From Copranaerobaculum intestinale (GTDB lineage: Bacteria; Bacillota_I; Bacilli_A; Erysipelotrichales; Erysipelotrichaceae): DNA of 32,000 nucleotides. Where the stretch lies: positions 90,001 to 122,000 of the forward strand of contig NZ_WUUQ01000001.1 in the NCBI RefSeq assembly GCF_009831105.1. The letters run 5' to 3'. The translations under genes and the position numbers were made by a program. Below, one piece after another: positions 1-7,850 of the stretch (the stretch's first letter is position 1; each line of letters starts with the position of its first letter). Under the pieces are notes generated by a model that saw nothing but the letters and a program-made list of their open reading frames with translations, was not told the DNA's origin and searched no databases.

Positions 1-675
1 ATTATCAAACAGATTCAGATACAGGAGATTTTCCAATGTTGAAAAACCTTCCAGATCCGAAATATGATTATGTTCCAAATGAAGAATTTCCAAATTCAAA
101 CAGTTCAGCAGCGGGCGATAATCTGAAATCTCATTATACGCAAAATTTGCTTCCGTCAGTTTCTTCATGCCGGCAGTAAAGGAAAGATCAATGATGCCAT
201 TATGCTCAAGAATGCAAATCTCTAGTCCTACACAGACCTTCAGCGGCGTCGTGTCCATAATTCGGCAGGAGCAGGCACTCAGCATACGCAAATGCCGAAG
301 TCCTGATAATACATGTATATCTTCAACCAGCGTATGATCCAGATCGAGCACTTCCAGATTCGGACAATTCTGAAGCGGGGTCAAATCCACGATTGGATTG
401 CCCATTAACACCAGTGAGCGAAGCTTTGGGACATAATGAAGCTTACGCAGATCGCTTACCTCATTCTCGGCAAGTGACAGCTCCTGTAAATTGGGAAAGA
501 ATTTCAAAAAATCCAAATCCCGGAGCTCCCTTCGAAAAACGGAAAGTGAGGTTACCTTTGCAAGTTCCTTTGTATATAATTTTTTATGAAACATACCTTT
601 TCCAAACTGCATCAGAAATTGCTGATACAAAATTGGATTTTGGATTCCCTGTTCATCGTTCGTAATAACCGGCAT
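1..675 (-). CDS. Leucine-rich-repeat (internalin-type LRR) protein, N-terminal 225 codons; the 3' end runs off the window start
   Basis: Absent from the ORF track because the window edge truncates it. My minus-strand translation from ATG (675-673) stays open to position 1: MPVITNDEQGIQNPILYQQF...FPNLQELSLAENEVSDLRKLHY / VPKLRSLVLMGNPIVDLTPLQN / CPNLEVLDLDHTLVEDIHVLSG / ... / CLNLEILHLEHNHISDLEGFST. That is at least 7 consecutive 22-residue LxxLxLxxNxIxD repeats. There is no N-terminal hydrophobic signal peptide. The + ORF 393..665 is its antisense shadow. Confidence 0.8.
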   Translation of the reverse strand, partial: MPVITNDEQGIQNPILYQQFLMQFGKGMFHKKLYTKELAKVTSLSVFRRELRDLDFLKFFPNLQELSLAENEVSDLRKLHYVPKLRSLVLMGNPIVDLTPLQNCPNLEVLDLDHTLVEDIHVLSGLRHLRMLSACSCRIMDTTPLKVCVGLEICILEHNGIIDLSFTAGMKKLTEANFAYNEISDYRPLLNCLNLEILHLEHNHISDLEGFSTLENLLYLNLFDN

Positions 676-1122
676 TGTATCCCTGCTCCCTAAGATTCTT
701 TTAAGATACTGTAATTTTACCTGATTCTTTTCTAAAAAACCACTGAAAACCTTTCTATGCCGATTAAAGCAGTGCCTATTAAAAAGTATTCTGACGACAA
801 ATTTTCAAGTCCTATCTAAGCTTGCCGAAATAATCAAAAAATAATTCATTGTCTTTTTTTATTTACAAAAACACAAAACAAAGCTTCGAATAACCCAGCT
901 TTCTTTTCGATTTTTTAAAAAAACACTCTAATATGCTTTTATTAGATATGTCCATAAAATTTCATATTTTTGAAACCTTTCCGAATCTCAGTACATATTT
1001 GTCTAAAAACCTTGACTTGTTTACAATAATGCGTTAATTTTATGGTAATACCATATGGTACAAGGTTCGGCCGATAATCGATTTCTCTATTATCCGTGAC
1101 AAATCATTTGAGAGGATATTCC

Positions 1123-1623
1123 GTGTATAAAATCAGTGAGGGACAGCTGCTTCATTTCATCAAGGAAAATCAACAGAAACTGTATCGTTTTACCGCCATG
1201 TATGTGCGAAATGAAGAAGATGCAAAAGACATATTGCAGAATACTATATTGAAGGCCTATCGCAAGTATCATCAGATACGTTCAGCCGATACATTATCCA
1301 GTTGGTTTTATCATGTCCTGATTAATGAATGTCTGCTTCACATCCGTAAAAGCAAGCGTCGTGAGGATACACAGGAGATGGATGTATTCTCAATCAAAAC
1401 AAAGGATACGCTCCAACAGGAACAGCTTTGGGATATGATTCATCGACTGGATGAAAAATCGCAGATGATCATCGTGCTGTGCTTCTTTGAAGAACGAAAG
1501 CTGAAAGAGATTGCCGCAATCATGGATATGCCGCTCAGTACGGTTAAAAGCCGTTTATATAAAAGTTTGGAAGAACTGCGCGTCTTTATGGAATATGAAG
1601 ATACCTGCATAAAAAGAAAATGA
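1123..1623 (+). CDS. RNA polymerase sigma-70 family (ECF-type) sigma factor
   Basis: Region 2 (EEDAKDILQNTILKAYRKYHQIRSADTLSSWFYHVLINECLLHIRK) and region 4 HTH (LDEKSQMIIVLCFFEERKLKEIAAIMDMPLSTVKSRLYKSLEELR) are both present. The ORF track starts at GTG 1096. I prefer the in-frame GTG at 1123, which lies 7 nt after the Shine-Dalgarno GAGAGGA (1109-1115). Confidence 0.85.
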   Translation: MYKISEGQLLHFIKENQQKLYRFTAMYVRNEEDAKDILQNTILKAYRKYHQIRSADTLSSWFYHVLINECLLHIRKSKRREDTQEMDVFSIKTKDTLQQEQLWDMIHRLDEKSQMIIVLCFFEERKLKEIAAIMDMPLSTVKSRLYKSLEELRVFMEYEDTCIKRK

Positions 1624-1648
1624 ACACCGACCGTGTTCATTTTTTATT
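1617..1648. terminator. Bidirectional intrinsic terminator between the convergent sigma-factor and pcp genes
   Basis: Stem TGAACAC (1621-1627), loop CGACC, stem GTGTTCA (1633-1639). It is flanked by an A-run (1611-1620) and a T-run (1640-1645). The stem includes the sigma-factor stop codon. Confidence 0.75.
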
Positions 1649-2279
1649 GGAAGGTGCCTTCCGTTTGTTTCACATCCTCATCCAAAACCCGCAGTGATGC
1701 GATTGCTGCAATCAGCCCCCGCACTATATCAGTAAGCGTCATACTGGGCTGTCCTGGCTTTGCCTGTGATTCCAGCAGCGGAACATGCAGAAAACCCGAC
1801 TTTGCTGAAAGACCACTTTCTTTCAATAGATGCGCTGTAGCATAACAGACATGGTTGCATACAAAAGTACCGGCGGTATTTGATATATCGGCAGGGAGAT
1901 GTTCGCTGCGAATGGCCTGCACCATGCGCTTAATAGGAAGCCGGCACAAATAAGCATCCGGTCCGTTCACCGCAATCGGCTGATCGATCGGCTGCTCCTG
2001 CATATTATCCGGAATACGGTAATCGTCAATATTAATACCAACTCGTTCAACGGTGATAGCGTTGCGGCCGGCAGCCTGTCCGATCGACAGTACTACATCC
2101 GGCCGGTACTGAAACACGAGCTGTTCAATTTGATTCATTGCGGCTCTTTTGGCCGTCGGAATGATTTTCTTGATTATTTCCATTTCTTCAATCCGGTCGG
2201 GAAGCTGCTGAACCGCTTCCTGCGATGCATTGATTACATCGTTGCCAAAGGGTTCAAATCCGGTTACCAAGACTTTCAT
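1644..2279 (-). CDS. pcp: Pyroglutamyl-peptidase I (pyrrolidone-carboxylate peptidase, C15)
   Basis: N-terminus MKVLVTGFEPFG plus ...NTAGTFVCNHVCY... (catalytic Cys context) and a length of 211 aa are typical of Pcp. Its ATG overlaps the upstream TetR stop codon (ATGA at 2276-2279). Confidence 0.9.
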   Translation of the reverse strand: MKVLVTGFEPFGNDVINASQEAVQQLPDRIEEMEIIKKIIPTAKRAAMNQIEQLVFQYRPDVVLSIGQAAGRNAITVERVGINIDDYRIPDNMQEQPIDQPIAVNGPDAYLCRLPIKRMVQAIRSEHLPADISNTAGTFVCNHVCYATAHLLKESGLSAKSGFLHVPLLESQAKPGQPSMTLTDIVRGLIAAIASLRVLDEDVKQTEGTFQ

Positions 2280-2863
2280 CGCTTGGTCACACCCGCAATA
2301 AAATAATCCATGACAGCATGCATTTTTGTTTTTAAATCAAAGTTACCGTTTTTAATTGACCAGTCAAACAGTACCCCGCGGGCACATACAAAGAAGTAAT
2401 CACATAACTCAGCCGCTGACCGTTCATCGATCAGCTTACCGCTCTTTTGGTAATATGCAATCATTTCTTCAAGCTGCTTTTCAAAATCCTGATTGCCCTC
2501 CAGCACGCTTCTTCCTGAAGGATTGCTGAGCATTTGCGCAAATTCTAAACCAGGTTCCTCATTCAGCCTCGCATACTGCTGGAAATATCGCTGAAGCACA
2601 GAAACCATATCCTCCTTGGTAAGATCAATATTCCGAAATTCTTCAAAATAATCCTCAGCGTTAATAAACAATTCTGTATACAATTCCAGTTTTGATTTAT
2701 AGTAATGATAAAAAGTTCCGACACCCACACCGGCTTTTTTTGCAATTTCTTCTACGGACACATTATGATAACCGTATTCCTTAAACATTGTAACACCTGT
2801 TTTATAAATTTTCTTTTTTGTGGCAATCGCCTGCTTCTGCCGTGAAGTAAGTTTTTTTTCCAT
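2276..2863 (-). CDS. TetR/AcrR family transcriptional regulator
   Basis: N-terminal TetR HTH: KKKIYKTGVTMFKEYGYHNVSVEEIAKKAGVGVGTFYHYYKSKLELY. 195 aa. Translationally coupled to pcp. Confidence 0.9.
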   Translation of the reverse strand: MEKKLTSRQKQAIATKKKIYKTGVTMFKEYGYHNVSVEEIAKKAGVGVGTFYHYYKSKLELYTELFINAEDYFEEFRNIDLTKEDMVSVLQRYFQQYARLNEEPGLEFAQMLSNPSGRSVLEGNQDFEKQLEEMIAYYQKSGKLIDERSAAELCDYFFVCARGVLFDWSIKNGNFDLKTKMHAVMDYFIAGVTKR

Positions 2864-3040
2864 ACTACCACTCCTATCTGTATCATCATACCATTATTAG
2901 GTAAGAAAATACAGTATATAAGATGGATAAAAGCTCTTAACAACGCTTTCTTTCAATATAAAAAAGCTCACTGAAGCAAGTATCAGATACGGCTACTATA
3001 TTTTCTTTTCAACAATAATTTTATACTCATTTTCAGGCTT

Positions 3041-3080
3041 TTAAAACAAAAAAAGCATACAAAGATATCTTTGTATGCCA
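3041..3080 (-). terminator. Intrinsic terminator of M20D aminoacylase copy A
   Basis: On the minus strand: GGCATACAAAG-ATAT-CTTTGTATGC followed by TTTTTTTGTTTT. A near-identical hairpin follows copy B (6549-6580). Confidence 0.8.
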
Positions 3081-3094
3081 GAAAGAGAGGCAAA

Positions 3095-4279
3095 TTAATG
3101 ATTTTTCAGCCATTCAATAGCTGCGTTCACATACATGGCAGTTCCCTTATAGAAAACTTCTTCATTGAATAAAATATGGGGATTATGATGCGGATACAGA
3201 TAACCTTCCTCAGCTGTTCCGCTGCCCAGCATGAAGTATGCTGTCGGTGCATTTTGTGAGATCACACTCAGGTCGTCTGATCCGCTCATCGGATATTCCA
3301 GTATTTCACATGGATACTCCATCATATCCTCGGTATAGGCGATCAGTTCCTCTGTAAGCTTTGGATCATTGTAAACACTCGGAATGCCATGCATAAATTT
3401 CACATCCGCCTTTGCGCGGAATCCTGCTGCGCAGTGTTCACTGATCTCCCGGATCCGATCCTTGAATGCGGTACGGGTATTTTCATGTGTTGTTCGGATT
3501 GTACCGGTTATTTTGGCTTCATCCGGAATGATATTTGCGGCATCACCAGATTGAAAGCTGCCCACAGTTAAGCATGCCTGTTCCTCCGGTGCCAGCTCCC
3601 TGGCAATCAGATTTTGCAGCCCTTCATAGATATGAACAGCTACATTGATCGGATCTACTCCCAGGTTGGGCTGTGAGCCGTGGGTTCCGCTTCCCTGCAC
3701 TGTAATTTCAAAAGTATCACTAGATGACATCATCGGTCCTTTACGGATATTGATACTGCCGCTTGGATAAGAGCCGGACATGATATGCAGCGACATGACT
3801 GCATCAACTTTCGGATTTTCCAATACCCCGGCTTCCAGCATAACATCACCACCGCTGATTCCGGTCGGTGAGGTGCCTTCCTCATCCGGCTGAAACATAA
3901 GCTTAACCGTACCATTCAGCTCCGCTTCATGCTGCTTCAGGATTTTAGCGGCACCCAGAAGCATTGCCGTATGGGTGTCATGCCCGCATGTATGCGCACG
4001 TTTTTCTTTTGAACGAAACGGCAGATCCGTTTCCTCTTCCATCGGCAGCGCGTCCATGTCCGCTCGCAGCATAATCGTTTTTCCCGGTCTGCCTACTGTC
4101 GCGGCGATGCCCGAACGGCAGATCATCTTCGGCTCATAACCATATTCAGTAAGCTTTTCCATAACGAAACGGCAAGTATTTTCTAAATCGAATCCACATT
4201 CAGGATGTTCGTGCAGATAACGTCGATTTGCGATAATCTCAGCTTCTAAAGCCTTTGCTTCTTCTAAAAATTGATGCAT
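3095..4279 (-). CDS. M20D family amidohydrolase (N-acyl-L-amino acid amidohydrolase / hippurate hydrolase-like), copy A
   Basis: Motifs YLHEHPECGF, HTCGHDTH, MFQPDEEG and YPHHNP. I moved the start from the track ATG 4327 to ATG 4279 (MHQFLEEAK...). ATG 4279 has the SD AAAGGAGA 6-7 nt upstream and gives a 394-aa product colinear with copy B. Confidence 0.9.
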   Translation of the reverse strand: MHQFLEEAKALEAEIIANRRYLHEHPECGFDLENTCRFVMEKLTEYGYEPKMICRSGIAATVGRPGKTIMLRADMDALPMEEETDLPFRSKEKRAHTCGHDTHTAMLLGAAKILKQHEAELNGTVKLMFQPDEEGTSPTGISGGDVMLEAGVLENPKVDAVMSLHIMSGSYPSGSINIRKGPMMSSSDTFEITVQGSGTHGSQPNLGVDPINVAVHIYEGLQNLIARELAPEEQACLTVGSFQSGDAANIIPDEAKITGTIRTTHENTRTAFKDRIREISEHCAAGFRAKADVKFMHGIPSVYNDPKLTEELIAYTEDMMEYPCEILEYPMSGSDDLSVISQNAPTAYFMLGSGTAEEGYLYPHHNPHILFNEEVFYKGTAMYVNAAIEWLKNH

Positions 4280-4350
4280 GAGAATTTCTCCTTTCAAATT
4301 TTCCTTTTGGGTGTTGTCTTTTTCCATGACGTATGATAGAATACGTTCAT

Positions 4351-4399
4351 GGAATTAATTCGGTGAATTCATTCTATAAAACAATTGGGATTCTGTCAA
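4351..4399 (-). promoter_or_regulatory. Sigma-A-type promoter plus conserved downstream box for aminoacylase copy A
   Basis: Minus strand: TTGACA (4399-4394), 17 nt, TAGAAT (4376-4371), then GAATTCACCGAATTAATTCCATGAA. The same architecture stands upstream of copy B. Confidence 0.65.
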
Positions 4400-4438
4400 G
4401 AGGAAGAACAAAATTTATTTTGGAAAGGAGTTTCTTCG

Positions 4439-5845
4439 ATGGAGAAGACAAAGAAAAAATCATTTAAGATGCCCACCGCCTTTACCGTTCTCATCGCATT
4501 AATCTTTGTGATCGGTATCATAACCTGGTTTATACCAGATGTAAAGAGCGCAAAAGTTTCAGACTTGCTGATGGCTCCGGTTTCCGGATTCAAAAGCGCA
4601 TTGGATGTTTCCTTATTTGTATTAGTACTTGGAGGTTTTTTAGGGGTTGTTACAAAAACAGGTGCACTTGATGCTGCTATTGACACCGTTGTAAAAAAAC
4701 TGAACGGAAAAGAATTATATATGATTCCTATTCTGATGTTCTTGATTTCACTTGGCGGCACCACCTATGGAATGGCCGAAGAAACCATCGCATTTTACGC
4801 GCTGGTAACCGCCACAATGGTAGCTGCCGGATTTGATTCTCTGGTGGCTGCTTCGACAATCCTGCTAGGTTCTACAACGGGAGTTCTCGGCTCTACCGTG
4901 AACCCGTTCGTCGTATCTTCCAGTATGGCCGCACTTGCCGATTCTGGAATTCAGATCAATCAGAGTGTCGTGATTATCGTCGGTGCGATTTCATGGATCA
5001 CCTGCTATGTACTAGCTGCAATCTTCGTTATGCGCTATGCTAAGAAAGTGAAAGCGAATAAAGAAGCGACATTACTGACCGAAGAAGAACAGAAAGCCGT
5101 CTTTGAAAAATACGGCGGAGAGGAAAGCGAAAGCAAAGAAATTGTATTCACCGGAAAGCAAAAGCTGGTCATGGTTCTCTTTGCTGTTTCCTTTGTGATT
5201 ATGATCATCGGTGTTATCCCTTGGGAAAACTTCGGTATCACAATCTTTAAGAATACCGATTTCCTTACCGGTGCCCCATTGGGTGCATGGTGGTTTTCTG
5301 ATTTATCAACATGGTTCTTCCTAATTGCTATTATTACCGGATTGGTATATGGTTTGAAAGAGCATGAAATTGTATCCTCCTTTATCAGCGGTGCCAGCGA
5401 TCTTATGAGTGTTGCCTTAATCATCGCCGTAGCCCGCGGTATTTCCGTGGTTATGTCCACAACCGGTTTGGATATGTATATCCTGAAAGCCGCTTCCCAA
5501 GCGCTGCAGGGTACAAACTCTGTACTGTATACGGGATTTGCCTATATGGTATATCTGCTGTTATCCTTCTTGATTCCTTCAAGCTCCGGCTTGGCTACTG
5601 TAACAATGCCAATTATCGGGCCGCTGACTCAAAGCTTGGGATTGGCACCGGAAGTTGCGGTATGTATTCTGAGCGGATCATGCGCACTGATCAATGCCGT
5701 AACCCCGACCAGCGGTGTGCTGATGGGCGGTATCTCAATTGCCCGAATTGAATATTCAACTTGGTTAAAATACATTTGGAAAATTTTCTTATTGCTGTTA
5801 GTTGTCCACATTCTGATTCTATCAGCTGCTATGGTAATTTTCTAA
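4439..5845 (+). CDS. yfcC: YfcC family (DcuC-type anaerobic C4-dicarboxylate carrier superfamily) membrane transporter
   Basis: Polytopic membrane protein. The segment GGFLGVVTKTGALDAAIDTVVKKLNGKELYMIPILMFLISLGGTTYGMAEETIAFYALV matches the conserved YfcC core. Start taken at ATG 4439 (MEKTKKK...) behind the SD GGAAAGGAG, rather than the track start 4385. Confidence 0.85.
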   Translation: MEKTKKKSFKMPTAFTVLIALIFVIGIITWFIPDVKSAKVSDLLMAPVSGFKSALDVSLFVLVLGGFLGVVTKTGALDAAIDTVVKKLNGKELYMIPILMFLISLGGTTYGMAEETIAFYALVTATMVAAGFDSLVAASTILLGSTTGVLGSTVNPFVVSSSMAALADSGIQINQSVVIIVGAISWITCYVLAAIFVMRYAKKVKANKEATLLTEEEQKAVFEKYGGEESESKEIVFTGKQKLVMVLFAVSFVIMIIGVIPWENFGITIFKNTDFLTGAPLGAWWFSDLSTWFFLIAIITGLVYGLKEHEIVSSFISGASDLMSVALIIAVARGISVVMSTTGLDMYILKAASQALQGTNSVLYTGFAYMVYLLLSFLIPSSSGLATVTMPIIGPLTQSLGLAPEVAVCILSGSCALINAVTPTSGVLMGGISIARIEYSTWLKYIWKIFLLLLVVHILILSAAMVIF

Positions 5846-5863
5846 ATCAATACCATGCACGTA

Positions 5864-5890
5864 AGCCGTTCGAGGAACGGCTTTTTTTGT
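5864..5890 (+). terminator. Intrinsic terminator of the yfcC-like gene
   Basis: AGCCGTTC-GAG-GAACGGCT followed by TTTTTTTGTTTT. Confidence 0.8.
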
Positions 5891-5955
5891 TTTATTATGA
5901 TATCCTTTCCTCCCCTCATCATAATGGCATTACAAATGATAAGACAATCAAATAG

Positions 5956-6209
5956 AATAACAGATCAGTATATCCGTTTCATTCTGATAAATTGGTAAAC
6001 GCATTAAAGCAAGCCAACGTAAGAAAGACCATGGAGAATCCCTTCAATACGCTTACTTGAGGGATACCAAACATGAAAAGATTATGCTGATGCAAAAGGA
6101 GTACAGACAAGGCTTCATCAAAAAGCTCTTTTAGGGTCATACATTTTACAAGTCTCATCTCCCAGAGCAAGTTAAATTTAAGGACACCCTTCACTGATTT
6201 AAGCATCAA
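5956..6209. pseudogene. Possible gene remnant in an AT-rich spacer; coding strand ambiguous
   Basis: The minus strand has an open 76-aa ORF (5979..6209) with an odd hydrophobic composition and no family I recognise. The plus strand reads as protein-like segments broken by one frameshift and one in-frame TAG: ...SDKLVNALKQANVRKTMENPFNTLT* (5956-6060), then LRDTKHEKIMLMQKEYRQGFIKKLF*GHTFYKSHLPEQVKFKDTLH* (6057-6197). Neither strand has a convincing SD. Confidence 0.25.
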
Positions 6210-6548
6210 TCAGAAAACGGGATGATCTTTTTCAAATTGAAATATCGAAAGTGCTCAATTAAGGAAGATTTACAATATCAAACATGATATCGTAAGCTTT
6301 GATAATATTCATACTGATTATCATAAATTTTAAGAAGCTGCAAATTTCCGTATATTCCGATATAAATCGATGTAAATTATGCTTTTATAACAATATATGA
6401 TTATTCAAATACGGACACTTCAACAAATCCGATTGAACATATCTCAAAGAGATCAAACTCGAACAGCTGTATCTTTTCCATGCCATATCGTATACTCTGA
6501 AAAGTTAATCATAGCTTTTCATCTTCGCGCATCTAATTCATTCACAAA

Positions 6549-6580
6549 TAAAAAAGCATACAAAAGTAAATTTGTATGCC
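6549..6580 (-). terminator. Intrinsic terminator of M20D aminoacylase copy B
   Basis: Minus strand: GGCATACAAA-TTTAC-TTTTGTATGC followed by TTTTTTATTTG. Homologous to the copy A terminator. Confidence 0.8.
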
Positions 6581-6596
6581 GAAATAGAAAGACAAA

Positions 6597-7781
6597 TTAA
6601 TGATGATTCAGCCATTCGACTGCGGATTGGACGTAAAGAGCAGTTCCTTTATACAACACATCTTCATTAAAAAGAACATGTGGATTGTGGTGCGGATAAC
6701 AATATCCTTCTTCTTCAGTACCGCAGCCTAACATGAAATATGTCGTAGGTACCAGCTGTGAGATGACACTTAAGTCATCGGAATTATTCAGCGGACTTTC
6801 CATATTGGTACATGGATAGCCGAATAGCTTTTCAGCATAGGTTAATAATTCTTCGGTCAGCTCTGGATTGTTATACACGCTGGGGATACCATGCATGAAT
6901 TTTACATCTGCTTTAGCACGAAACGCAGCTGCACAATGCTCACTGATTTCCTCGATTCTGGTTTTAAACATAGCCCGTGTACGTTCGCGTGTCGCGCGAA
7001 GCGTACCGGTTATTTTAGCTTTATCCGGAATAATATTTGCCGCATCACCGGCCTGCAGACAACCGATTGTCAGTGCAGTCTGTTCTTCCGGAGCCAGCTC
7101 ACGGGCAATTAAGTTCTGAATGCCCTGATAGATATGGACTGCTACATTGATCGGATCAACCCCAAGATTGGGTTGTGAACCGTGTGTTCCGACTCCTTCA
7201 ACGGTAATTTCAAAGGTATCACTTGAGGAAAGCAGAGGTCCCTTGCGGACCCCTAATTCACCAGCATGCATCGTACCGGAAGTAATGTGCTGTGACATTA
7301 CCGCATCAACTTTCGGATCTTCCAGCACACCAGCTGATACCATGGCATCTCCGCCGCTGATTCCGGTTGGTGAGGTACCTTCTTCATCAGGCTGAAACAT
7401 GAGCTTAACCGTACCGTTCAGCTCTGCTTCATGCTGCTTTAAGATTTTCGCCGCTCCCAACAGCATGGCTGTGTGGGTATCATGTCCGCAGGTGTGCGCC
7501 ATATTTCCCTTCGCGCGAAATGGCAGATCGTTGATTTCTTCCATTGGCAGTGCATCCATATCCGCTCGCAGCAGAATGGTGCTGCCCGGTTTGCCTACTG
7601 TCGCAACAATACCCGATTCACAGATCAGCTTCGGACGATAGCCGTATTCAGTCAATTTATCCATAACGAAACGACAAGTATTTTCCAGATTGAATCCGCA
7701 TTCAGGATGTTCATGCAGGTATCGGCGATTGGCAATAATTTCTTGTTCCAGTGCTTTTGCTTCCTCTAAAAATCGATGCAT
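6597..7781 (-). CDS. M20D family amidohydrolase (N-acyl-L-amino acid amidohydrolase-like), copy B
   Basis: 394 aa, colinear without indels with copy A. Same motifs (YLHEHPECGF, HTCGHDTH, MFQPDEEGTSPTGISGGD, YPHHNPH). SD GAAAGGGGA upstream of the ATG. Confidence 0.9.
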   Translation of the reverse strand: MHRFLEEAKALEQEIIANRRYLHEHPECGFNLENTCRFVMDKLTEYGYRPKLICESGIVATVGKPGSTILLRADMDALPMEEINDLPFRAKGNMAHTCGHDTHTAMLLGAAKILKQHEAELNGTVKLMFQPDEEGTSPTGISGGDAMVSAGVLEDPKVDAVMSQHITSGTMHAGELGVRKGPLLSSSDTFEITVEGVGTHGSQPNLGVDPINVAVHIYQGIQNLIARELAPEEQTALTIGCLQAGDAANIIPDKAKITGTLRATRERTRAMFKTRIEEISEHCAAAFRAKADVKFMHGIPSVYNNPELTEELLTYAEKLFGYPCTNMESPLNNSDDLSVISQLVPTTYFMLGCGTEEEGYCYPHHNPHVLFNEDVLYKGTALYVQSAVEWLNHH

Positions 7782-7850
7782 ATAAGAATCCCCTTTCCGA
7801 TATACTGATCCTTTATTCAGTCTCTATGATTCTCAACTCTAATTTTCATA

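Noticed and set aside
393-665. 90-aa + strand ORF from the track
   Set aside because: It lies entirely antisense to the LRR coding sequence, which has a clear 22-residue repeat periodicity. It has no SD and a low-complexity sequence, so I treat it as a shadow ORF.
880-925. Hairpin AAAGCT-N11-AGCTTT with flanking T-runs in the LRR / sigma intergenic region (terminator-like on both strands)
   Set aside because: No gene or recognisable sRNA upstream on either strand needs terminating. The 6-bp A/T-rich stem is weak and likely fortuitous in AT-rich DNA.
971-1000. TGAAAC hexamer resembling the -35 of Bacillus ECF (SigW-type) promoters upstream of the sigma-factor gene
   Set aside because: No CGTA/CGTC-type -10 element appears at the required 16-17 nt spacing, and the hexamer is about 150 nt from the start codon. 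A single hexamer in AT-rich DNA is expected by chance.
1633-2306. Plus-strand ORFs 1633..1845 and 1899..2306 opposite pcp. The same applies to other long antisense ORFs, e.g. 4396..4764, 5035..5460, 6868..7769, 9636..9977, 16797..17246, 22086..22619, 27680..28150 and 30523..30839.
   Set aside because: Each sits inside a confidently identified gene on the other strand. Their composition is Ser/Arg/Cys/His-rich, as expected for antisense frames, and they lack ribosome-binding sites.
4280-4327. 16-codon N-terminal extension of aminoacylase copy A. Similar upstream track starts occur at 1096, 4385, 14912, 14990, 16812, 19820, 26024, 26778 and 29605.
   Set aside because: The internal starts have properly spaced Shine-Dalgarno sequences, match the paralogue or family N-termini, and in several cases create the ATGA/TAATG couplings. 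The extensions look non-coding; the 4327 ATG sits inside a leader hairpin.
4351-4370. Possible CodY box (AATTTTCWGAAAATT) within the conserved aminoacylase box
   Set aside because: The best alignment I could make matches only about half of the 15 positions, which is not convincing. I left the box as an unassigned operator.
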